From an uncultured Actinomycetota bacterium (GTDB taxonomy: Bacteria; Actinomycetota; Actinomycetes; Frankiales; Frankiaceae): a stretch of DNA of 64,000 bases. The stretch's first letter is position 1. Each line of letters opens with the position of its first letter. The notes below the pieces were generated by a model. That model was not told the DNA's origin, made no database searches, and was given only the letters and a program-made list of their open reading frames with translations. Shown in pieces: positions 17,317-26,012 of the stretch. A program made the position numbers and the translations under genes. The stretch is taken from assembly GCA_963782485.1 (NCBI GenBank), contig CAWAJV010000007.1, forward strand, positions 596,677-660,676. The letters are read 5' to 3'.

Positions 17317-18432
17317 ATGCATGTTTCCCTCTGGGCCTGGGCGGGCTTCGCTGTATTCGTGACGGCGGCCCTGATCCTGGACCTGCGCAACCACCGCAAC
17401 CCCCGCGCCGTCGAGTTCAGGGAAGCCCTGCGCTGGTCGGGCTTCTGGCTCGCGATCGGCTTCGGCTTCGCGGGGCTGCTCTGGCTCACGCACGGCGGCA
17501 CGGCGGCCGCCGAGTACACGTCGGCGTACCTGCTCGAGAAGAGTCTCGCCGTCGACAACCTGTTCGTCTTCGCCTTGATTTTCAGCTACTTCAAGGTGCC
17601 GAGGGAGTACGAGCACCGGGTGCTGTTCCTCGGCGTGGTCGGTGCCCTCGTGTTCCGGGCGATCTTCCTCGCGGCCGGCGTCGCCGTGGTCAGCGCGTTC
17701 GAGTGGGTCTTCTTCGGTTTCGGCGCGTTCCTCGTCTACACCGCTCTGAAGCTGGCGAAGGACGGTGGCGAGCCTGACGTCGACCCCTCCAAGAGCCTGG
17801 CCGTCCGGTTGCTGCGGCGCCTGTTCCCGGTCGCAGACGAGTACTCCGGCCAGAAGATGCTGGTGCGCCGCGCCGGCGTGCTGACGGCCACCCCGCTGCT
17901 GGCGGTCGTCGTTGCCATCGAAGCGGCTGACATCCTGTTCGCCGTCGACAGCGTGCCAGCGGTGCTCGCCGTGAGTGACGACCTGTTCATCGTCTACACG
18001 TCGAACGCCCTCGCGGTGCTCGGCCTGCGCGCGCTCTACTTCTGCCTCTCCGGCCTGCTCACCCGTTTCCACCTGCTCAACAAGGGGCTGGCCGTCGTCC
18101 TCGGCTTCGTCGGACTGAAGATGCTGATGCAGGCCACGCAGCACTACGTACACGGCTTCCCGACCGTGCCGACCGCACTCTCGCTCGCTGTCATCGTTCT
18201 GGTGCTGGCCGGGGCCGTCGTCGGTTCCCTGCTCTTGCCGAAGCCGGACGACGCGGGTGAGCTGGGTGGGACCGAACCGCTGGCCGACGGATCGGTCGGT
18301 GCGCGAGAGCGGGACGATCTCGGTTCCCGAGCCGTTGTCGGAGCGGGATATGGAGGCGATCGCGACTGGGACGAGCGCAGCGAGTCACAGCGCGGGTCGC
18401 TGACCACGAAGCTGGAAGGTGATCGGCGATGA
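17317..18432 (+). CDS. TerC-family integral membrane protein
   Basis: Hallmark TerC segments (YLLEKSLAVDNLFVFALIF; two homologous halves). RBS GGAAGG. The C-terminal about 30 aa are encoded by a reverse copy of the 62-bp repeat. Confidence 0.85.
   Translation: MHVSLWAWAGFAVFVTAALILDLRNHRNPRAVEFREALRWSGFWLAIGFGFAGLLWLTHGGTAAAEYTSAYLLEKSLAVDNLFVFALIFSYFKVPREYEHRVLFLGVVGALVFRAIFLAAGVAVVSAFEWVFFGFGAFLVYTALKLAKDGGEPDVDPSKSLAVRLLRRLFPVADEYSGQKMLVRRAGVLTATPLLAVVVAIEAADILFAVDSVPAVLAVSDDLFIVYTSNALAVLGLRALYFCLSGLLTRFHLLNKGLAVVLGFVGLKMLMQATQHYVHGFPTVPTALSLAVIVLVLAGAVVGSLLLPKPDDAGELGGTEPLADGSVGARERDDLGSRAVVGAGYGGDRDWDERSESQRGSLTTKLEGDRR
18344..18406 (-). repeat. Reverse-orientation single copy of the 62-bp repeat (about 80% identity) at the 3' end of the TerC gene
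   Basis: The reverse complement aligns to the array unit. Confidence 0.6.
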
Positions 18433-19712
18433 ACGAACGGTTGGCGCCTGTGACAGCACTGTCGCCGTTGACGAGCGTGAGCCCGGATCGGCTCAGCAAG
18501 CCCGGCGGACCGGCCTCGAGCATCGCCGCGGCGGCCGCGGCGGACGCCGGCGGGCTCGACCCGAGCCTGCTGGCCGACTACCTCGAGGTTCTCAGCGAGG
18601 TGGCGGGCAACCACCGCCGGCTAAATCGCCAGGAGCTCAACCGGTTCCGCTACCAGGGGCGACGCGCGGCACTCGAGGGAGTCCCGCTGCGGGCGCTCGT
18701 CGAGCTGTACCTGACGGCGGCCTGGCGGCTCTGGCGCCACCTGCCCACCGTGCGCTCCGCGCGCCACCATCCCGACTCGCTGGTGCAGGCAGGCGAGGCC
18801 GTGCTGCGTGCTATTGACGACGCGGTCGCCGCCGGCGTCGAGGGCCACCAGCTGGCCCGGCGCGAGCTCACCCGGCGCGAGGAGGCCGCCCGCCGCGAGC
18901 TGTTCGACGACCTGCTGGCCGGCCGTACCGACGCGACCGGGGTGGTGGCGCGCGCCGCCGACTTCGGGCTCGACCTCGCGGGCCCCCACGCCATCGCCCT
19001 GATCTCGGGCGAGCAGCCATTCGTCGACGGCACCCCGCTGGTCACCCGGCTCGAGTCGGCGGTGCTCGGCGTGAAGGGCGACGCCAACGCCCTCGTCGCG
19101 AGCAAGGAAGGGCTGCTCGTCATCATCTTCGCCGCGCCCGATCAGGCCGCGATTGACTTCGTCGTCGACCGGCTGTCGGAGGAGCTGGGTCCGCGGCCGG
19201 AGCGCCCAATCGCCGGCGCCCCCCCGGCCGTGCAGCTGCGCCGTCCCACCGGAGTCGGGCGCTGGCAGCTCACGCTCGGCCGGGCGCGCCCGGGTGCCGG
19301 CGGGGTGTTCGCCTCCTACGAGGAAGCCCTCGACGCGCGTGAACTCGCCATCCGGCTCCGCCTCGAGCAGCCGGTCGTTGCTGCCAAGGACCTGCTGGTC
19401 TACCGCATGCTGCTGCGCGACCGTTCGGCCATCGCCGACCTGGTGAGCGCGACACTCCGGCCACTGACCGGAGCCCGCGGCGGCGCTGAGCCGCTGCTCG
19501 AGACGCTCGCGGCGTACTACGAGACCGGCGGCAACACGACCGAGACCGCGCGCCGGCTGCACCTCTCGGTGCGCGCCGTGACCTACCGGCTGGAGCGGGT
19601 CTCGCTGCTCACCGGCCGCGACCCGACGAACCCGGCCGACCGTTTCACGCTCAATACCGCCGTGCTCGGCGCGAAGCTGCTCGACTGGCCCCGGCAGCCG
19701 CTGGAGAGCTGA
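18429..19712 (+). CDS. PucR/CdaR-family transcriptional regulator
   Basis: C-terminal HTH (TARRLHLSVRAVTYRLERV) and GGDEF-like middle region. ATGA overlap with the TerC stop. Confidence 0.85.
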   Translation: MNERLAPVTALSPLTSVSPDRLSKPGGPASSIAAAAAADAGGLDPSLLADYLEVLSEVAGNHRRLNRQELNRFRYQGRRAALEGVPLRALVELYLTAAWRLWRHLPTVRSARHHPDSLVQAGEAVLRAIDDAVAAGVEGHQLARRELTRREEAARRELFDDLLAGRTDATGVVARAADFGLDLAGPHAIALISGEQPFVDGTPLVTRLESAVLGVKGDANALVASKEGLLVIIFAAPDQAAIDFVVDRLSEELGPRPERPIAGAPPAVQLRRPTGVGRWQLTLGRARPGAGGVFASYEEALDARELAIRLRLEQPVVAAKDLLVYRMLLRDRSAIADLVSATLRPLTGARGGAEPLLETLAAYYETGGNTTETARRLHLSVRAVTYRLERVSLLTGRDPTNPADRFTLNTAVLGAKLLDWPRQPLES

Positions 19713-19724
19713 GCGGCCGCCGCT

Positions 19725-21716
19725 TCAGGTCAGATCGCTCGCCGGGCCGGTGACGACCGTGGCACCCGTGGAGGGCCGCACTGCATGAGCGACGGTCGGC
19801 GCCTCCGGATGGGTCTCGTGGGGCCAGCTGGACTTCTGCGCGTCGCGCTCCGCCCGGATCACGTGCATGACCGCGTTGATCAGCGCCAGATGCGTGAACG
19901 CCTGCGGGAAGTTGCCGAGGTGGCGACCGCTGCGCACATCGATCTCTTCCGCGTAAAGGTCCAGCGAGCTGGCCAGCGAGAGGAGCTTCTCGCAGAGCTG
20001 GCGGGCCCGGTTGAGCTCGCCGATCTCGACCAGCGCCGAGACCATCCAGAAGGAGCAGATCGTGAACGTCCCCTCCTCTCCGGCAAGGCCGTCGTCGGTC
20101 TCCTCGGTGCGGTAGCGCTGCACCAGGCCATCAAGCGTGAGCTCGTCGGCGATGGCCATGACGGTCGCCCGCAGCCGCGGGTCGTTGGCCGGCAGGAAGC
20201 GCAGCAGGGGCATAAGGAGCAGCGAGGCGTCGAGCGCCTCGGTGTCGTAGTGCTGGGTGAAGACGCCGCGCTCGGAGAGCCCGTTCTCCAGGATGTCGGC
20301 GTGGATCTCATCGGCCGCCGCCTGCCAGCGCTCCACGAGGTCCGCGTCCTCACGGATACGCGCCAGCCGCGCCCCGCGATCGCAGGCGACCCAGCACATC
20401 ACCTTCGACGACGTGAAGTGCTTGGGGTCGCCGCGCACCTCCCAGATGCCACGGTCAGGCTCGCGCCAGTACTTGATGGCGCACTCCACCTGGCGGAACA
20501 GGATCGGCCACAGCCGGTCGTCCAGCCGGTCGCGTGAACGGGTGTGGATGTAGACCGAGTCGAGCACCGCACCCCAGACGTCGTGCTGCTGCTGGGAGTA
20601 CGCGCCGTTGCCGATCCGCACCGGTCGGGCGCCTTCGTAGCCGCTCAGATGCTCCAGGATGTGCTCGTCCAGCGACCGCTCACCGTCGATCCCGTACATG
20701 ATCTGCAGCTCGTGGTCACGGTCGGCGATGTCGGCGATGAAGTAGAAGAAATCGTCGGCCTCCCAGTCGAAGCCCAACGAGTAAAGCCCCCATAGCGTGA
20801 ACGTGGAGTCACGCACCCAGCTGTAGCGGTAGTCCCAGTTGCGCTCGCCCCCCGGGGTCTCCGGCAGCGAGGTCGTGGCAGCCGCGACCAGGGCGCCGCT
20901 CGGTGCGAACGTGAGGCCCTTCAGGGTGAGGGCGCTGCGCTGCAGGTGGCGGCGCCACGGGTGATCCGGAAAGCGCCCGCGGGCCAGCCAATGCTGCCAA
21001 TGGTGGGCGGTCCACACCATGCGCCGGTAGGCCTCGTCGTAGTCGTACGGCGGCGGGTGCTCGGTCCAGGTGAGGGCGACGAACCGGAAGTCGCCTTCCT
21101 TCATCAGCGTGCGCGCGACGGCCTTCGGTCCCTCGAAGCCGATCCGCAGGTCCGAGGTGAGCCGAAGGGTGGTGTCGATCCCGCCGGCCGTCGCCTCTCC
21201 CTGGTGGTAGCCGTAGTCGGTGTAGGACCACTTCGCCGGCTGCCGCCCGTAGTCGAACAGCGGCTCGCAGTCCATCGTCACCTGCACCTCGCCGTTCACG
21301 CAGCGGATGGTGCGCAGCAGGACGTGCTCGGCGTCGTAGTCGGTGGGCGCCCGGCGATGGGTGTGGGAAAGCTCGCCCTCGTGATGCCAGGGCCCGATGA
21401 GCAGCGCGTCACGGACGATGATCCAGCCGGTGGGGGTACCCCAGCTGGTCTCGAGGATCATGGTGCCCGGCAGGTAGCGACGCGCGACCGGAACCGCCAT
21501 GTCAGCGGGCCCGAGCCGGAATCCACCGGCCCCCCGGTCGAGGATGGCGCCGAAGACGCTCGGCGAGTCCATGCGGGGCAGGCACATCCACTCGACGTTG
21601 CCTCCGGGCGAAACAAGCGCGGTCGTTTCGCAGTCGGAGAGAAAGCCGTAATCCGCGATCGGCGGAAACGGGGAATGCCCGACGAGGCCATCTGCCTCAG
21701 GAATCATCTCGGTCAT
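19725..21716 (-). CDS. Glycoside hydrolase family 15 protein (glucoamylase/trehalase-like)
   Basis: Roughly 660 aa (alpha/alpha)6-barrel family pattern. Conserved segments DYGFLSD, WDYRYSWVRD, GNGAYSQQQHDVWG, FTICSFWMV. Confidence 0.85.
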   Translation of the reverse strand: MTEMIPEADGLVGHSPFPPIADYGFLSDCETTALVSPGGNVEWMCLPRMDSPSVFGAILDRGAGGFRLGPADMAVPVARRYLPGTMILETSWGTPTGWIIVRDALLIGPWHHEGELSHTHRRAPTDYDAEHVLLRTIRCVNGEVQVTMDCEPLFDYGRQPAKWSYTDYGYHQGEATAGGIDTTLRLTSDLRIGFEGPKAVARTLMKEGDFRFVALTWTEHPPPYDYDEAYRRMVWTAHHWQHWLARGRFPDHPWRRHLQRSALTLKGLTFAPSGALVAAATTSLPETPGGERNWDYRYSWVRDSTFTLWGLYSLGFDWEADDFFYFIADIADRDHELQIMYGIDGERSLDEHILEHLSGYEGARPVRIGNGAYSQQQHDVWGAVLDSVYIHTRSRDRLDDRLWPILFRQVECAIKYWREPDRGIWEVRGDPKHFTSSKVMCWVACDRGARLARIREDADLVERWQAAADEIHADILENGLSERGVFTQHYDTEALDASLLLMPLLRFLPANDPRLRATVMAIADELTLDGLVQRYRTEETDDGLAGEEGTFTICSFWMVSALVEIGELNRARQLCEKLLSLASSLDLYAEEIDVRSGRHLGNFPQAFTHLALINAVMHVIRAERDAQKSSWPHETHPEAPTVAHAVRPSTGATVVTGPASDLT

Positions 21717-21986
21717 GCGGCCCTTTCTCCGGGTAGGCCTTCGCAGGCCAGACGAACATCCTCCCCTATCGGCGCTGCGTTCAGCTTTACAGACATCGCA
21801 CGCCGTGGGTGACTCCTGTCATCTCAGACACCGACCGAAACGCCGGGTAACGGACCGTCAGCCCACCGGAAGCGGCTGCGCGAAAAGCCGAGCCGGGATA
21901 ACGTAATCGATGTATCACGATGCGTAATGGGCTCCCGGGGGCAAGACACAGGGCACACGTCGCCAGGCCAAGTGGGGGGCTAGGAC

Positions 21987-22694
21987 ATGCAAGATAAAGA
22001 ATTCACGTCCGCAGCCGGGGTGGGTCAGCCCGCCGCGCCGGAAAGGGTGCCGGCGCCCGGCTCCGTCGTGGGCCTGCTCCCATCCGATTCCCGCAGCGGG
22101 GTCGATGGCGCGACCAGCCGGGTGCTCGCGGCAACGCTCAAACACTGGCATTCCGAAACCGGTGGCCTCATCGTGCTCGCCGAGGTCGTGGCGGATGCCT
22201 CGGTCGTCGACGAGGTGTCCGGGCGCAACGTGTGGGGCAGCTTCTCCACCCCCGCAGACGAGCTCATCGTCGTCGCCGCGCTCGCCCGCGAGCGTCCCGG
22301 GGGCGGCGACCTGCTAGAGCTGACCGGTGTTCGCATGCTGGCCTTCGAGCCCCGGCGCCGCAGTGCGCGGGCCGGGCTCAGCCGGACCGTACGGCTGCAC
22401 TCGGGCGGCGCCACTCATGAGGCGACCACCCTGGATCTCTCCCGCGGAGGCTGCCGGGTCTTCACCCGCCACCCCGGCGATCCGCTCGATCCCGGCGCCC
22501 CCGGAAACCTCGCGGAGGGCTACGAGCTCGCCGTCGAGGTGGAACTCGAGGACGGACTCGTCGTCGCTGCGGAGGCGGAGGTCGTCCGCGCGGACGGCCC
22601 CGAGCTGGCGCTGCGCTTCCGCCGGCTCACGGCGACCGATGCGGCCGAGGTGGACGCGGCGGTCTTCCGCGAGCTCGTGCGCGCGAGCGGCTGA
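21987..22694 (+). CDS. Hypothetical protein with a PilZ-like C-terminal region
   Basis: The LSRGGCRVFT ... ELAVEVEL pattern resembles a PilZ barrel. Start uncertain. Confidence 0.45.
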   Translation: MQDKEFTSAAGVGQPAAPERVPAPGSVVGLLPSDSRSGVDGATSRVLAATLKHWHSETGGLIVLAEVVADASVVDEVSGRNVWGSFSTPADELIVVAALARERPGGGDLLELTGVRMLAFEPRRRSARAGLSRTVRLHSGGATHEATTLDLSRGGCRVFTRHPGDPLDPGAPGNLAEGYELAVEVELEDGLVVAAEAEVVRADGPELALRFRRLTATDAAEVDAAVFRELVRASG

Positions 22695-22703
22695 GCCTCA
22701 GCA

Positions 22704-22904
22704 TCATTGCCGGCGACCCGCCACCTCCGGCAGTCGCACGTGCACCTCGTCGGGCGCGTGATCGTGGACCAGCGAGTGCACCCACGCGAGGTCGGCGTGT
22801 TCCGAGGCGTACAGCCGCTGGGCGTCTGGCCCCTCGTCATCCAACAGGTCCATCATCAGGGACAGCGGGATCCCGTCACGCAGGCAGTCCATCGGCTCGA
22901 GCAT
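22704..22904 (-). CDS. Small hypothetical protein (66 aa) downstream of the glycosyltransferase genes
   Basis: Strong GC3 codon bias, co-directional and 43 bp after the GT87 stop. Confidence 0.4.
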   Translation of the reverse strand: MLEPMDCLRDGIPLSLMMDLLDDEGPDAQRLYASEHADLAWVHSLVHDHAPDEVHVRLPEVAGRRQ

Positions 22905-22946
22905 CGAGGCCTCCTCACGAAGTGACCCGGAGCGCCATGCCCGGTA

Positions 22947-24314
22947 CTAGTTACTTCGGACTAGTCCGCGCTCGACTTGAACGCCATCTGCGCGCCGGGA
23001 CCACAAGTACGCCAGCACTGCCGCCGTCTCGACGACGGTGACGAGCGCGCCCCAGCCGCGGATCACCGGCACGTGTTCGAGCCCCGAGATGGCGACAGCC
23101 AGCGTCGCTGCGGCGAGCGCGACGACGGCCACCGGTCGCACGCTGCGCGCGGCGGCGACGACCCGAGAGAAGGGCGCGAGATCGACCGAGCTGGCGGCCT
23201 TCCATGATCGGACACCGGACACCGCCGCGATGAGCCCGATGCCGCCGAGACCCAAGACGTAGCCGGCCGTCTCGTACGAGGAGGGATGAGGTACCGCAGC
23301 GGCCCAGCTGACGAGGCTGAGCGCGACGAAAGGCCAGACCGAGCGGGTCGCCAGCAGCAGCGGTGCCGCGAGCAGCAGGTAGTAGTGGTGCCAGACGATC
23401 GGTGAGGCGAAGAGGGCGGCGACCACGGCCGTCCCGAACAGCATGACCTCGAACCCGTGGCGCCGCGGATGGTGCCGGAGCATGTAGCCGGCGCCGAGGA
23501 GCACTGCCACGGCAAAGACCGTGGCGATCACCGTGGCCAGCCCCAGGGAGGCGTGCCAGCGGATGAGCAGGCCGGTGAGCCCGGCCGTCTGGGGTGCCTC
23601 CAGTCCGCTCAAGACATGCAGCATCGAGGCGTAACCGTCCGAGCCGAGCGGACCGAACGTCCAGCCCGCGCCGAGGGCCAGCCCCGTCACGACGACGGCG
23701 ACGGCGGCGGCTCGATAGCGCCGTGAAAGCAGCAGCCAGCCGAGTACCGGCCACAGGAAGAGCTTGCAGACGATCAGCGCCGCGACCAGGAGCCCGCTGG
23801 CCACGGGGCGATCACGCCAGCGCCAGGCAGCGATGAGCCCGAGCAGGAGCCAGGGATTCACCGAGCCGTCCTGGAGCCCGATGATCGCGCAGGACGAGAG
23901 GAGCACGAGCGCGGCGATCAGCGGCTGCCCGGGACGTGCCAGCCAGCAGGCCAGGCCGATCGCGATCAGCGACGCGATGGCGTAAGCGACGTGAGCAGCG
24001 CCGCCGAGGGCCGCGATCGGCGCGAACCACCAGGCGACCGCGAGCGGGTAGACGAAGGCTGCGTTAGTGCGGATGGTCTCGCTGTGAGTGCTGGAATACG
24101 GATCGTGTCCGTGGACGACCGCACGGCCGGCGCGCAGGAAGACATCCAGATCGACGGGGCGCAACGGCGACACGAAGGTCAGGTAGATCGCTGCGGCGAG
24201 GAGGACGAGCGAGACGAGCGCCACTACCCGCCGGCGCGTGCTGGACAGCGGCACTCCGGCAGGGCCGGAGAAACCAGACCCGGATGCCCTGAGGCTCACG
24301 AGGGAGGTAGGCAT
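22947..24314 (-). CDS. GT87/DUF2029-like polyprenol-phosphate-mannose-dependent membrane glycosyltransferase
   Basis: About 12 TM helices, size and hydropathy typical of PimE-type mannosyltransferases. Confidence 0.65.
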   Translation of the reverse strand: MPTSLVSLRASGSGFSGPAGVPLSSTRRRVVALVSLVLLAAAIYLTFVSPLRPVDLDVFLRAGRAVVHGHDPYSSTHSETIRTNAAFVYPLAVAWWFAPIAALGGAAHVAYAIASLIAIGLACWLARPGQPLIAALVLLSSCAIIGLQDGSVNPWLLLGLIAAWRWRDRPVASGLLVAALIVCKLFLWPVLGWLLLSRRYRAAAVAVVVTGLALGAGWTFGPLGSDGYASMLHVLSGLEAPQTAGLTGLLIRWHASLGLATVIATVFAVAVLLGAGYMLRHHPRRHGFEVMLFGTAVVAALFASPIVWHHYYLLLAAPLLLATRSVWPFVALSLVSWAAAVPHPSSYETAGYVLGLGGIGLIAAVSGVRSWKAASSVDLAPFSRVVAAARSVRPVAVVALAAATLAVAISGLEHVPVIRGWGALVTVVETAAVLAYLWSRRADGVQVERGLVRSN

Positions 24315-25924
24315 CCGCCCTCCGAAGGACCGGCGACGTCTCCCCCACCCAGCGACCAGTGGCTGGCGATCGTGACGTCACCGGTGGTCGCGCTGGTCAC
24401 CGAGGTCCACCCTTCGGCGGTCGAGTTGACGCACGCGGCCGCGTTGCCGACGACCGTCCAGTACGGATTGCTGTGCATACGGATCAGCACGTTGCCTGGG
24501 GCGTGGAAGCGAACCGTGAACGAATCGGCGGTCAGCCGCAACATCGTCGCCGGGCCGCTGGTCAGCCCATCGGAGCCGCGGACCGCCCAGAGCTCCCAGT
24601 TGGCGTCCTTCCAGACCGGCTGCAGGTAGCTCGGGGCGGTACGGATGATCTTGGCTTCGGCCTCACTCGACGGGTCGAGCGGCTCGGTCGACATCGCCAC
24701 CCAGCGGACCCCGTTCTCGACCAGCCACTCGTGGTAGGTGTCCTGGTTCAGGGCGTTGGAGTAGAGGATCTCGTTGTAACGCAGGTCGAGCTGGCGCTCC
24801 CAGCCGCGGGCGAGCGGCATGGTCGGGGCGACGTAACGCGCCTCCCAGTGGCTGCGGGTGAACGGGATCTCCAGCCGGCCGAACGGCTGGTCGTGGGCCT
24901 TCAGGTACTTGAGCAGGCCCGAGTAGTACGGCGCGCTCGCCGCCGGATCGCCGCGGTTGGCGAAAGCCGGGACGATGGGCTCGAAGTGCCACACCAGCAG
25001 CGGCACCAGGACCAGGCCGGCCCAGACTCGCTTGCTGCGCAGCGCGATCATGGCCACGGGCACCGCGAGCAGGCTGCCTGGGCGGGCGAGGTTGCCGCCG
25101 ATGGGGTTGTGCACGAAGAAGAGCGGGATCGCGATCAAGGCGTAGATCACCAGCGCCCGGCGGATCACCTTCGAGCTGCTCGGAACGATCAGCAGCCCGA
25201 TGCCGCTCACGAGCAGGACGGCGATGAAGGTGGAACGGGGGAAGGGGAACGTGCCCTGCTCCGGGAACATCACGACCGCGATGGCACCGATGATCGCGCC
25301 GGACAGCGGCAGCAGCGTGCGCCACGACTTGGCGGCCAGCCACGCCACCGCGGCCAGCAGCAGGAAGAACCCGGCGAGCGGGCTGGCCAGCGAGGTCAGC
25401 ACGGCGGACAGCAGCGCGCGGCGCGGACGCTCGCAGGACACCTGCAGCAGCGCGAGAACGGCAAAGGCCAGGCCGACGGAGAAGGCCATCCGGCCCACGA
25501 CGAGGTTTTCGACGACGGCCGCGGAGAACGCCAGCAGCGCCAGCGTGTGCGGGCGGCCCGTCTCGCGGCGGACCAGCACCGTCGCGAACCGGGCCGTGAA
25601 CGTGCAGGCCAGCAGGCCCACCGTGCCGGAACCGAGCAAGGCCGCCAGAGGCGGGAACAACACGCTGTAGCCGATGACGGTGTGGCCGCCGTACCACTGC
25701 GAGTTCCATATGGTGAAGCCGAAGTGGTGGAACAGCCACACCCGATACGCCTCGGCGGGGGTGTCCGACCCCGTCAGGTGCAACGCGAGGGGGAGGACGC
25801 ACACCAGAGGGGCGACGATCCAGGGATACTGCCCGAAGCCACGAATGACGCCGAGGAGGATCGACATCAGCGTCGACTTCAACCGCGTCACTGGCGAGAG
25901 CGGAGCGACTACGGGCGGCGCCAT
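24296..25924 (-). CDS. Large GT-C-type membrane glycosyltransferase (mannosyl/arabinosyl-transferase-like)
   Basis: N-terminal polytopic membrane domain followed by a soluble C-terminal domain of about 180 aa. Start taken at Met 115 of the ORF, because the upstream part overlaps the divergent gene. Confidence 0.6.
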   Translation of the reverse strand: MAPPVVAPLSPVTRLKSTLMSILLGVIRGFGQYPWIVAPLVCVLPLALHLTGSDTPAEAYRVWLFHHFGFTIWNSQWYGGHTVIGYSVLFPPLAALLGSGTVGLLACTFTARFATVLVRRETGRPHTLALLAFSAAVVENLVVGRMAFSVGLAFAVLALLQVSCERPRRALLSAVLTSLASPLAGFFLLLAAVAWLAAKSWRTLLPLSGAIIGAIAVVMFPEQGTFPFPRSTFIAVLLVSGIGLLIVPSSSKVIRRALVIYALIAIPLFFVHNPIGGNLARPGSLLAVPVAMIALRSKRVWAGLVLVPLLVWHFEPIVPAFANRGDPAASAPYYSGLLKYLKAHDQPFGRLEIPFTRSHWEARYVAPTMPLARGWERQLDLRYNEILYSNALNQDTYHEWLVENGVRWVAMSTEPLDPSSEAEAKIIRTAPSYLQPVWKDANWELWAVRGSDGLTSGPATMLRLTADSFTVRFHAPGNVLIRMHSNPYWTVVGNAAACVNSTAEGWTSVTSATTGDVTIASHWSLGGGDVAGPSEGGCLPPS

Positions 25925-26012
25925 CGTCGCCGGAGGCGGCGTGTTACCGGCCTCCGGCAGGTCGAGGACCGTCACCCGTGCACTTTCCTCTCTGGCGCCT
26001 CCGAGGCAGGCG

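Noticed and set aside
15811-18153. 780-aa ORF on the minus strand spanning the repeat array and terC
   Set aside because: It is antisense to clearly real genes (CBS membrane protein, TerC), has Arg/Gly/Asp-rich low-complexity composition typical of GC-rich shadow frames, and contains translated repeat units.
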